This document shows, in pieces, positions 1 to 10,984 of a DNA stretch of 64,000 bases. Each line of letters opens with the position of its first letter. Position 1 is the first letter of the stretch. The notes beneath the pieces were generated by a model. The model ran no database searches. It was not told where the DNA came from and saw only the letters and a program-made list of their open reading frames with translations. A program made the translations under genes and the position numbers. Source of the DNA: Eledone cirrhosa (taxonomy: Eukaryota); the NCBI GenBank assembly GCA_964016885.1, contig OZ024740.1:242420001-242484000 (forward strand). The letters are read 5' to 3'.

Positions 1-59
1 AGTTTGAAGAGAAAAGGGATACTGGCCGGATATGGCCAGTTTAAATGCTAAAGGGTTAA
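1..59 (-). mobile_element. End of TTAA-flanked MITE family 1 (piggyBac-like termini)
   Basis: Ends aaatgctaaagggTTAA, the same terminus as copies at 1085 and 54118. Confidence 0.75.
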
Positions 60-77
60 AGTTAATGTCAATCTTAC

Positions 78-195
78 TGTGGAAATAATACCTACTAGGA
101 AGTTTGGATTTAAAGGAATAATATATTTTGCAAAAAGACCAAATACAATACCAAAATTTATATCTAAAGCCAACCAGTTACTATCAATCCGGAAA
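78..195 (-). CDS. Coding exon of minus-strand membrane-protein gene (TMEM8/PGAP6-like, divergent); (G)FRIDSNWLALDINFGIVFGLFAKYIIPLNPNFLVGIIST
   Basis: Acceptor actttgcattttcag, donor ACA|gtaaga. 118 nt (1+39 codons), in frame with exon 602-765. Hydrophobic, TM-like. Confidence 0.8.
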
Positions 196-402
196 CTGAA
201 AATGCAAAGTGAGTCATTAGCCAAAATATATTATATCATCATTCTTATCAGTAACTTGATATATCTTTCTCTCATCTTTTTGAAGTTAATATGCATTAAT
301 TCTTTCAATAAGGTTTTCAGTCAGTTTCTACTGGAGCAATTATTATACAATTATTAGATTCCCTTACTCAATTTACTTTATATATTTTCAAAACGTTATC
401 AA

Positions 403-403
403 C

Positions 404-436
<33 letters not shown>

Positions 437-496
437 CAGCAGCAGCAGTTGTAGTAGTAGTAGTAGTAGTACTACTACTAACCACTACCACTACTT
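403..496. repeat. (TAG)n/(CAG)n microsatellite switching to (CTA)n
   Basis: Direct reading. Confidence 0.95.
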
Positions 497-601
497 CCCA
501 TTATTCACAGCCAGTACAGTAATTTTGCACCACTTGTTCTTTGGACTTACATTATAAATCCAGTATCTAATTGCAGTATGAAATACTGCAAAGCTTTTTA
601 C

Positions 602-765
602 CCTGAATATTTCACACCCATAAACAATTCTAATGTGAAGAGAACAATATTTACTCCCAACATCATCCAAGCATGCAATCCAATTTCAGTTTCTGGTTGT
701 AGCTCTTTTATCACTCTTACACAACTAATTTCTTGGCCTGAAGTAAAAGTGCTTCTTCTTTTGCA
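602..765 (-). CDS. Coding exon; CKRRSTFTSGQEISCVRVIKELQPETEIGLHAWMMLGVNIVLFTLELFMGVKYS(G), includes first TM helix
   Basis: Acceptor ctatattgattttag, donor CAGG|gtaaaa. 164 nt (54 codons+2). Phases match both neighbouring exons. Confidence 0.8.
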
Positions 766-1084
766 CTAAAATCAATATAGCGCTGATTACCCATTAACAG
801 ACAGTTCTGATCACAAATTGTTAAAATAAAATTGATTCTTGTGCATTAGGGTATGAGATGAATAAATATGTTGCTTTATATATATATACAAAAAGAAATA
901 CTTTTCAGACACAATTGTTCTGAATTTCTTCTAGCTTGTAGGAGACTTTATCTGATACCACAATATATACCTTTAAAGAAAAAAATGATTACATTTCAGA
1001 AAATTCATGAACAACATAAATATAATAACAATGCAAAGTATACTAGTCTCACAAAAGAATCACATAAGTTTTGCAGAAGAATGA

Positions 1085-1303
1085 TTAACCCTTTAGCATT
1101 TAAACCGACCAGAATTCTCTCACCTCTTTCTGTTCAAACCAGTCATAACCAGCTGCTCATACTGACATTAAGGTATTTTTCTTAAAATAAATAATATAAA
1201 AATCGCTTAGATTCGATATTATGAGAGATAATTATGTGAAATAAGGTGTTTACTGTGAAAATACAATAGTAAATATAGAGTAATGTCAATGCTAAAGGGT
1301 CAA
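1085..1303 (+). mobile_element. MITE family 1
   Basis: TTAACCCTTTAGCATT...AATGCTAAAGGGT terminal inverted repeats. Interior aligns to 54118-54329. Confidence 0.85.
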
Positions 1304-1813
1304 TATTAATGGCAATGAGGAATAAATAATAAAGCAAATTAGAATTTATTTTCTGTATTTAATTTTGAAACAGAATCCAAGAGAAAAAAATATAGTTTAT
1401 ACTTATAGATTATCAAAAACTTCCAATTATCAAAAGTACTTTTATTTACAGAATTAAAATTGAAATATAAAAGTTATATAAATAATAAACTACTTTCTTG
1501 TTATTTTGACATGAGTGAAAGACTATTTGAAAGATGTACTCCAAACCTTTGACATACCTAAACAAACAAGAACAAATTATTAATAGGTCTGACTATAAAA
1601 CAGACAATAAGTTAAAAAATAATTCAGCTTTATTAATAAATTTGTATAAAAGTGTTAGATAAAAGAAATTGAATAAATTAAAACCTGTTACAGTGAAATT
1701 ATCTTCCAGTGTAAGCTTTATAATATATTGAACTAAGTATCATTGATAAAATGGTATCTCCACAGGCTTTCATGAAGTTGGGGTTTAGCATCTGCAATTC
1801 ACCAATACTACAC

Positions 1814-1934
1814 CTGATATCCCCCCTCCATACACATGCACACATGTTTATCATGACTCTTACACTGTTCACTTCCCTGACATTTGTACATTATTCTATG
1901 TACTATACTGCATCTTTGATGAGTTGTAGTGCAT
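1814..1934 (-). CDS. Coding exon; (R)CTTTHQRCSIVHRIMYKCQGSEQCKSHDKHVCMCMEGGYQ, Cys-rich EGF-like segment
   Basis: Acceptor acactgttcag, donor CAG|gtgtag. 121 nt (1+40 codons), stop-free and phase-compatible on both sides. Confidence 0.8.
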
Positions 1935-2261
1935 CTGAACAGTGTACACAATAATTTAATTAATATTATTATTATTTACCCTGGTGAAAAAGATCAGATA
2001 ATTTTTTCCATGAATGAGACACTAGTTCAGTTTATTATTTTTAAATTCTGGATAAAACCCAGGCACTCACTAGATATACACAGTAATGTAGAAATTTGTT
2101 TCCTGTCCAAAGGTTGGCAGCAAGATTACTACTAAAAGCCTATGAGCTTATCCATTGTGCCTCATGTCAAAGTAAAATATATATGGACAAAAATTACACT
2201 TAAGGTGAAAATATGCTACACAATAGTTAAATAACTACAATATATATGTACTTTAAATTCT

Positions 2262-2513
2262 TTAAACCTTTTTGTACCAAACTGCCAAAACCCAATCCAG
2301 GTTCTATGATACTCAGTTGCCAATTGTAAAGTGTTTATATTCAACAAAAAAAAACTTCTATCATAATTTAGGTAAGAACATTTGTTATGTTCTAAACACC
2401 AGCTTAATAAAGAAAGTTATATTCCTAAATCCCTTCAAATAATTCATTATTTAAAATATGTTTTGAAAATCATAGGCAGTGCATTTCATTAGAAATATGG
2501 TTACAAAAGGATT
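2262..2513 (-). mobile_element. MITE family 2 (older, TTAACCCTTT termini)
   Basis: Aligns in reverse to 58052-58275 and 32054-32313. Confidence 0.55.
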
Positions 2514-2591
2514 ACAGACAAACAAATATTTATCTGTATAATGGTTGAAAGGTTAAAATGATAGACTAACAATAAAACAATAACATCAAAC

Positions 2592-2660
2592 CTTGCTATA
2601 ATCATTAATGTTGTGCTCCTCCCACTCAAGTGTCCAAAAATAGCACCACTCATATTTTCA
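2592..2660 (-). CDS. Coding exon; ENMSGAIFGHLSGRSTTLMIIA(R)
   Basis: Acceptor tgattttccattcag, donor AAG|gtttga. 69 nt, symmetric phase 2-2, in frame with 1814-1934. Confidence 0.75.
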
Positions 2661-2769
2661 CTGAATGGAAAATCACTTGTTCTTGTTCCAAATATTGAAA
2701 TTTACAAAATCCTCCTACTCATTCTACCATGAAAACATGGATATAATACTTATGAATTGATCAATCAAT

Positions 2770-2955
2770 TGACATCTGTTGGTTTTGATGATGAGCGTTC
2801 CAGTTTGACCAACAGAACAGCCTGCTCATGAAATTAGTTTCTAAGTAGCTAAGCATTCTACAGATATGTGTATACGTAAAGTAATTTTCAGGGAGATTCG
2901 GTGTGACACATTGTGTAACAAGGTTAGCTCTTGGAATTACTGGTATAGTCCATTT
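2770..2955 (-). mobile_element. SINE 3' body (same tail as 24110-24390)
   Basis: Reverse complement shares gaatctccctgaaaattac...gagcaggctgttc with 24290-24385. Confidence 0.7.
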
Positions 2956-2959
2956 GACT

Positions 2960-2962
<3 letters not shown>

Positions 2963-3001
<39 letters not shown>

Positions 3002-3096
3002 TTCTCTCTCTCTCACACACATACACACACACACATATATATATATATATATGCATATAAATAAGGCTATAAAAATTATATGAATACATACAAATT

Positions 3097-3142
<46 letters not shown>
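2963..3142. repeat. Compound (CT)n(CA)n(TA)n microsatellite
   Basis: Direct reading. Confidence 0.95.
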
Positions 3143-3146
<4 letters not shown>

Positions 3147-3294
3147 AAGAATGAAGAATAACATGGTTGGCTGTACAATAAAGGGCTTTATTTCAAGTAC
3201 TGACAATGGTTCAATTGATCAGGTGAGTCTAGAGGTCGCTAATCAGTTGAAGTAGCGTCACTCGAACTCCAATACATTATTTACCTCTGATCAA

Positions 3295-3564
3295 TACATA
3301 TATATATACATGTATATATATATATATGTATATACATATATATATATGTATATATATGTATATATATGTAATGTATATACATATGTATATATATGTAATG
3401 TGTATATATATGTATATATATGTAATGTATATATATATATATATATATATATAGAAGTGGTTACACAACAGTTAGTTCACCATACCGAGAACAATTGTTA
3501 TATATATACATATATATATGTACACATATATGTATATATATACATATATATATATACATATATG

Positions 3565-3611
<47 letters not shown>

Positions 3612-3802
3612 GTATATATATATATATGTATATATATATGTATATATACATATGTATATATATATGTATATATATATGTATATATATATATATACATATA
3701 TGTATATATATATATGTATATATACATATATGTGTACATATATATATGTATATATATATACATATATATATACATATATAAACAGATACATATATATATA
3801 CA

Positions 3803-3888
<86 letters not shown>

Positions 3889-3965
3889 CATATATATATA
3901 TACATATACCTATATATATATATACATACATATATATATATATATACATACACATATATATATAT
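3295..3965. repeat. Long interrupted (TA)n array (two blocks split at about 3454-3497)
   Basis: Direct reading. Source of spurious YIYI ORFs. Confidence 0.95.
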
Positions 3966-4214
3966 GATGGCTGCCCCCTCATTATCGAGTATGGCCATTG
4001 CACGATATACCATTATTAATAATTATTAAGTAATTCTATCGTGCAATGCCTGTGCGTGAGGATATTTTTTAAAGTGAGGAAAGACTGTGCACTGAGCCAA
4101 TCCCACTCTCTGAGCAACAGTAGCTATAACCCGAAAAGAAGAAGAGATCATCATCATCGGTAACTACTGAGCCGCAGGTTTTATATCGGAGTTATCCCAG
4201 TTTCATGAGTTGCT
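3966..4214 (-). mobile_element. Short non-autonomous element, copy 1, terminal stem-loop followed by (TA)n
   Basis: Collinear homology blocks with 4415-4780 (gcaatgcctgtgc; cccactctc; gcagg..ttatatc.gagtt). Confidence 0.6.
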
Positions 4215-4270
4215 TTCTCCTACATGGATATAAAGTAGTGGCCGTACTCGAAAACGAGTTGGCAGCCACC

Positions 4271-4414
4271 ATATATATATGTATATATATATATACATGT
4301 ATATATACATACATATATACCTATATATATATACATACACATATATATACATACATATATATATATATATACATATACATATACATACATATATATATAT
4401 ACATATATATATAT
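4271..4414. repeat. Interrupted (TA)n array between perfect 56-bp inverted repeats
   Basis: 4215-4270 is the exact reverse complement of 4415-4470. Confidence 0.95.
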
Positions 4415-4780
4415 GGTGGCTGCCAACTCGTTTTCGAGTACGGCCACTACTTTATATCCATGTAGGAGAACCCCTACTGATGCACTGAACGAGTGTGACT
4501 TTTTAGTCCAGCCAGCGACTTGAAAACTGGTACAAACACTACACTTGTGGCAATTACTGACACATAGTGCTGGGCCCATGGTACCATGTGACGACAAGTG
4601 CAGAGAGATCTCCAGATATAAAGCAATGCCTGTGCCGTGAAGCTTTTATAGTGAGCAAAGGCACTGCACAAAGCCAGTCCCACTCTCTTAACCAAGATGA
4701 TATTTACCAAAAAGAAGAACAAGTCAACATCATTGGATACTATCAGGGTTGCAGGTGTTATATCAGAGTTTTCCTTCTCC
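4415..4780 (-). mobile_element. Short non-autonomous element, copy 2 (possibly bipartite RTE-derived)
   Basis: Minus strand starts ggagaaggaaaactctgatataacacc (recalled as RTE 5'-UTR-like) and ends in a stem-loop plus (TA)n. Confidence 0.6.
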
Positions 4781-4904
4781 TATATACATACATATATACA
4801 TACATACATACATATATATATACATACATATATACATACATATATATATATATACATATATACATATATACATACATACATATATATATATATATGTATG
4901 TATA

Positions 4905-4940
<36 letters not shown>

Positions 4941-4983
4941 CATATATACATATATATATATATATGTATGTATATATATATAC

Positions 4984-5025
<42 letters not shown>

Positions 5026-5080
5026 GTATATATATATACATATATATATATATATACATATATATATGTATGTATGTATA

Positions 5081-5145
<65 letters not shown>
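4781..5145. repeat. Long interrupted (TA)n array
   Basis: Direct reading. Confidence 0.95.
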
Positions 5146-5943
5146 CATCAACATCACCGTTTTACGTCCATTCTTTCACGCTAGCATGGGTTAGACTGGT
5201 TCTTCTGTTGTGGCTGATGTTAGGTCGGGTGACCTTGTCTTGCTCATATGGGAACTGATTTTGGCTTGATTTCTACAGCTGGATGCCCTTCCTAACACCA
5301 ACCTAAGTGCTGGGTGCTTTTTTTTTCGTGGCGCCTACACGACCACTTTACATTGTGGCCTGAGTACTTTTTTGTTGTGACACCTCCACAACCACTTTGC
5401 AGTGGGACGGAATAGTGGCATATTGCCTATATGCTTCAGCTTCAGCTTGTTCCCGTGTGAAGTTGGGTCTTCTGTATTACTGTGTGACGCAGAGGTCACG
5501 GTCCAGTGTCATCGCCGCTGAGAGGTGTAATTGGACACGGTCCGCTTTTATCACCTCATCCCAGGTCTTCTTGGGTCTCCCCACACCATGGCTTCAGTCA
5601 ACTTTTAGTGCTCTGCACTTTTTTATGCAGCGGTCATCCTTCATACGCATCACATGTCCATACCAATGCAACCTCCTCTCCTGCACACATTTGATTCCTC
5701 TTATGCTCAGTCTCTCTCTCAGCTCGTTTATGGTTTGCTGTTCACGTATATTACTATTACACATCCATCAGAGCATGCAGGCTTCATTTCTTTCTAATCT
5801 ACGCAAGTCTTCTACACACAGCACCCAGGTCTTACTACCATGTAACATTGCTGTTCATATGCACGCATCATACAGTCTACCTTTCATTTTGAGGCTTTTG
5901 CAGCTAGCAGTGGTAGTAGCTCCCTGAACTTCTTCCATCCCGT
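5145..5943 (-). mobile_element. 5'-truncated RTE-clade LINE (RT C-terminus + long 3' UTR)
   Basis: Minus-strand translation has GWKKFRELLPLL, WYGHVMRMKDD, GRPKKTWDEVIK. Terminal ccatgctagcgtg stem-loop and (GAT)n tail. Confidence 0.9.
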
Positions 5944-7840
5944 TACATATACATATATATATATATATATACATATGTTTGATTTTGTATTTTTGTATCA
6001 TTCATGACATCCTTTACTTTATAATATAATAATAATAATAATAATATATATATATAGCATTTTATTTCCCTATTTATTCATTCATTATATGCATCATATT
6101 ATTAATAGTAAGCTTATCTTTAAATATATAATCAATCATACATCTTGACTCACACATTTTATAAACTGATAATATATCAAGAATATGTTATCTAAGCTTC
6201 ACAGATTCTATATACAACTGAATATTCTAGAAAGAAAATAACCAAACAAAAGGCTAAACATCTACGATACTGTTCTCAAACAATTCCTTCACCAAGCAGA
6301 AAATCAAGTTTTAAAGATGCCTGTGAAATGCATGGAAATCATAAACATTTTTACAACCATTCATAACAAAAAAAGAAACAGGTTTTTCTGAGAACGAACT
6401 AGTAAATCATTGCTTGTTTTGTTTTTATTTGAAAAGACGAATAAAGTAAATCTAGTGATGACATCTACTTAAGAAATGGAAATAATTCACACATTACTGA
6501 TTTCATTCCTAATCATAAACATGTTTTATTTATTCATAGAATTATAGAAACTACATATATCAAATTCATATAGTTACCACTGACAGAGATGGAAAATTTT
6601 AAAACAAATTCCATTTAATGATTCCATTTGAGCAAAATTCAATATTCAACATTGAAATATATCTGAATAAACATGGATTTTAATAGAAACAAGGGTTTTT
6701 ATCTTTCACATGACTCCTCATTTTAAAAACAGCAGTGGGGGGTTTATTGATGGAAATTTAGTTTGCTACTTTTGATAACTTTTTCACTACCATATTTCTC
6801 ATGAAACATGATTCTCAAATAATTTTTTAAATAACCATGAATTTGGAACATCTCATTTTAAAGCTGGTGATAACATAGCTTAACAAAGGTTCATACCTAA
6901 AATTATGATGTAAGGTTTTAAAATAAATATAAACATTTCGAAATAAACAGTTAAATATGATAAAACCAATGGCAGATTCAGGCAGTTATGTATCAAAAGA
7001 GTTAAAAGCATATCAAGCAACCATTGAGATAGTTCCTTGAAATACCAGAAAGTTTTATGACACACCATAGATAAACATACCTTCACCGTTACACTACAGC
7101 TTAGAAAGCTGTAATGGGAAATTATGTGATTCATACCAAACTAAAAAGTTTCATATTTTAACAGAGAAACCTACAGACTGCTTCTAAGCATTTGAGTGAC
7201 AACCTATGCCATAGATTCACATAAGCAGAGCTGACTAGGGCTATTCAATAGTGAGAAGCAAAATTGGAAATGTCTCTTATTTTCTCTTTCTAGATGCAAG
7301 GAGAAAGACTTGCATACAAATACATACAATGTATTGTCTTTCAAAAGTTTAACTTTTATAAAGGAATACATTCATTTGCTTATATTTCCATATGAAAAAA
7401 AGAAAAGGCCTTTCTTTTTTATTCAAATTCTCAGTGTAATTGGTGCTTATAAGAAAAAAGATAACAATAATTTTGACTTGTTACCAAAACAAAATTTTCT
7501 AGATGCTCCTGAAGCTGGAGAAGTTAACAGAAAAGAAACACTGTCAGGTTTTAGATCATGCACTTTTAATTTAATGTTTACTCTTTTACTTGTTCTAGTT
7601 CAAAGGCAGAAGCCATGCTGGGACACTGCTTACAGACTTTGGATGAATGAAATATAGTGAATATAATTATAATCTTTTAAAATGCTAACTTCATCTTTAA
7701 TGGTGAGACATCTTTTAAAATATATACAACACAATGTTTCAATTAGTTTGCTCTCTGATCACCATCAGGTATAGCCCGATCCCTAAATATGTACACACTA
7801 CTAGACTGAATTTAACCTAGATATTACATCATATCTGCTG

Positions 7841-8018
7841 TTGGTGACTTTTTTTACTAACAGGATGAAAGCTTCTTCACCAATGGGATCCAAGCACTGC
7901 AACACTGATGGAAGAATTGTGTGGACCACAAAGGGGACTATGTTGAAAAATAAACTGCATTTAGTCACATTCCATGAGTATTTTGGTCAGTCTATGAACT
8001 TTTCAGCTGACCCTCATA
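7841..8018 (+). mobile_element. mariner-family 3' fragment
   Basis: DESFFTNGIQALQH*WKNCVDHKGDYVEK* followed by TIR-like tgaacttttcagctgaccctcaTA. Confidence 0.8.
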
Positions 8019-8179
8019 ATGTTATATTTATGGATTATTTAAATGTTCTTTTTCTCAAAGACAGTCATAACTAGACTTTCAGATTGGGTTTTGAGTACAT
8101 TCTATTATGAATTTCTATCAATTCTGGATATTTCATTCCATAACAGTACAGAGTTTCTTTTTTCACAACATATATGTTA

Positions 8180-8652
8180 ATTTTTTTTATACCAACCTGC
8201 TCAAAACAACCATTGGTTCTATGAAACAAAACCACCCATTTTAAAGAGTTCCTATCTGAATTAAAAACTTCCAGCATAGTTTAACATAAGAACCTTTTTG
8301 TTGAAATATGCTACAAATACCAATTTAATAATTGTTTCTACTTTTGGCACAAATCCAGCAATTTGAAGGGAAGGGGAAAGTTGATCAAATCGATCCAAAT
8401 GCATTGCTGGTGCTTTATTTTAATGACCCCCATAAAGCTAAGCTTTGTCAAAGCTAAGTTGAGTGGGTTTGAATTCAGAATGTAAAAGAATGTAACTATA
8501 TGCTCATAAGCATGTTGTCCAACTTACTATTGATACTGCAAATCCATCACCCTAAATGCCACCTTAATAATTTCAGTAAAACCTTCACAATTCTTCGTTA
8601 ATTAATTCAAATACAGTTTATTTCATTAGCAATGTAACCATGAAAGGGTTAA
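8180..8652 (-). mobile_element. MITE family 2 interrupted by a SINE (8329-8552)
   Basis: accaacctgctcaaaacaaccattggttcta at left, gaaagggttaa at right. Meta-type SINE in the middle. Confidence 0.65.
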
Positions 8653-8796
8653 GCTATTCCTGACATAGGTGTTCCTTTTCTCAATTCTACCTTTAGATGG
8701 GCTTCCCAGTTTTTCATTTACATGGCCTTCATTCTAGCTATTTCTGAATAGGTTTTAACTTTAGCAAAACCAAACTCTATTGGGTCTCAAGCTTAC

Positions 8797-8828
8797 TGCA
8801 AGGGATTATTTGAAGAAATTCTGAGAAT
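8797..8828 (-). CDS. Candidate small exon (ILRISSNNPL+CA, would join 2660 as ...LHENMSG)
   Basis: Strong acceptor tttgttttgcag and donor gtaagc. 32 nt. Frame inferred only from phase compatibility. Confidence 0.4.
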
Positions 8829-9399
8829 CTGCAAAACAAAGCATTGTTACTTTCCATGTTTCTATTGACCACTATTAGGTGTATATAGAATAAAACATAA
8901 CTGTTGCTTTTACAGATTAAGCATAAAGACCAGAACCACTTGCATTCAGTATTTTTCAACAAGTTCCGGTATATTTCAACAAATTTCTCAAATTTTTGTT
9001 TACTTTCAGCCACTCACATGCTAGGAGTACTTTGAAAGAAAAAGATTGAATAGGAAAACTTTATATAGGAATTCATAGAGTAGGAGGGAGAGGCACCATG
9101 TGAAAGTGAGGGAAGGGAAAGCAAGAAAAAGAGAAAAAGAGAGGACAAGAGCAATAAAATCAAATTAGAAGATTGAAAAAAAGAATATTGTCAGAGAAAA
9201 ACGTGTGTGCGTGTGCACACGTCTGCATGTATATGTGTGTGTGTGTCTGTGTGTGTGTGTGCATGCGTATATGAATATGGGATATTTATGTATTAAAAAG
9301 ATAAAATCATAAAAATTTGTTGGAAATATTTTCAAGGGGATGCATCAATAACACCAACAATGATGTAAGTAAATGTAGAAAAACAGTGTTTCATTGTAA

Positions 9400-9558
9400 T
9401 ACAAGTAAAATTCCATTATAATGAATTTTTCAGTATAACAAAATTTTTTTCAATCCCCCAGGTAATAACAAACAAACACTCAATTTTCTTTTATCGATCT
9501 CATTAAAATGAATTTTTTTTATACCCTCTTTATTTTGTTATAACAGAATTTTACTGTA
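9400..9558. mobile_element. Tigger/pogo-like MITE
   Basis: TIRs tacaagtaaaattccattataa / ttataacagaattttactgta with TA ends. Confidence 0.6.
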
Positions 9559-9712
9559 TAAACACTCCAGATATTTTGGGCACCTTTTTTATGTAGAATT
9601 TGAAGTTGGTGAAACTCATCAAAATTATGACCCCAAATATAAGCTGACTCTCCATTTTACTATCAAACTTTTGGTCACATATTCCTTGGCTTATAATCGA
9701 GTATACACGGTA
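9553..9712 (+). mobile_element. Tc2/pogo-like MITE (same family as 28877-29074)
   Basis: Shared tagaattt.aagttggtgaaa and ttttggtcacatattcc.tggcttata..cgagtata. Confidence 0.7.
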
Positions 9713-10170
9713 AGTGATTTTATTGATGTTGTCTCCATTCCTTGTAAATTTTAAACACCCCTTGAAGGAATTGTTGACAACTAACTACATAACCTGAATT
9801 ATTTGAAGTTTTTCAACTCACTCTATTGAATATGTGAGACCAAAACATATTTGTATTTAATATACAGAATACCTTATGAGTTATTTTCTCTTCAACAATA
9901 TTATTCATATTTATAATCAGCCTCACTGCCTTCCCTTTATTTCTACTAATCACGCCATTCTACTAATCTACTTAGTCTTGCCAATAAAGTAGAATATGTT
10001 TTGCCTACAAGGTCTAATAAGACTGAAACATATCAGTTGATTTTGCCAGATTTTCCAAAATGTCAACCAATTTATTTTATTGGAACTGTTTCCCTTTCAT
10101 ATTGTTTTTAGATTTTAAAATGCCCCAAAAGGAAGTTTTTGCCTATTAATTGCATGGCTAGTCAAAGGGT

Positions 10171-10365
10171 AAAGGAGCATGGCTTAGTGGTTAGAGTGAT
10201 GGTCTTGCAATCAGGAGGTTGTGAGTTTGATTCTCAAACTGGGTGATATGTTGTGTCCTTGAGCAAGACACTTTATTTCACATTGTTCCAGTTTACTCAG
10301 CTGTAGAAATGAGTTGCGACGTCACTGGTGCCAAGCTGTATTGGCCATTACCTTTCCCTTAAACA
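10171..10365 (+). mobile_element. tRNA-headed CORE-type SINE
   Basis: A box tggcttagtgg, B box gagtttgattc, CORE-like gtgtccttgagcaagacacttt...cagtttactcagctgtagaaatg. Confidence 0.85.
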
Positions 10366-10984
10366 ACAGCAGTGACAGAAACAGTACATATAGCACTTGA
10401 CAAAAACTCAACCAGTAAGCCTAATGCTGACATCAGCTTAATGTATTTGCTAGTTAGAAATAAATGTAAATAACCTTGAAATCATCATCATTTAAGATCA
10501 ACTTTTCAATGATGGTATGGGCTAGATGTGTTGTCACAGCCAAGTCAGTACTTAATTAGCGTCCTCTCAATCCTTTGTTTCTCAAGGTTTCTATGGCTGG
10601 ATGCCCTTCTGTAAAATTAAATGTAGTTTAAGTGGATAAGAGTGTCACTACCCTTACTTTAGAAATAAACTTCTGAGTTCAAATCCAATCTCTGTTATTT
10701 TATACATATCCAGGAATAAGAAACTTGATGGAATTGCAGATGAAACTATCAAAACATTATATATCTTATTCCTGGATATGTCTTTACAAAATATTTCATC
10801 TTTAAAGTTGAGGTTAATAGAGTGAAAAATTACATTTGAATAAACAATAAGTCATTTTAGACATTTAACCCTTTCATTATTATATTTCCAATGAAATACT
10901 TTGTATTTTAATTAAGAAATGAAGAATTTGGGGAGGATTTACTAAAATTGAAATTTCATAAAGGTGGTATTTATAACATACAAA

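Noticed and set aside
551-601. Extension of exon 602-765 to the strong gtaagt donor at 550
   Set aside because: Introduces an in-frame TAA. The donor at 601 preserves the frame into exon 195. It could still be a minor NMD isoform.
2924-5258. Many long overlapping ORFs rich in Y/I/H/T/M
   Set aside because: Translations of (TA)n arrays, which lack stop codons in most frames.
6578-6662. Exon-like segment with AG/GT ends on minus strand
   Set aside because: Stops in all three frames and only moderate splice sites.
6885-6915. ttttag|gtatga possible recursive splice site
   Set aside because: Expected by chance in AT-rich introns. Needs nascent-RNA sawtooth data.
7081-7108. 28-nt exon candidate (FLSCSVTVK)
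   Set aside because: Good splice sites, but it ends in phase 0 and cannot join exon 2660 without another unseen exon.
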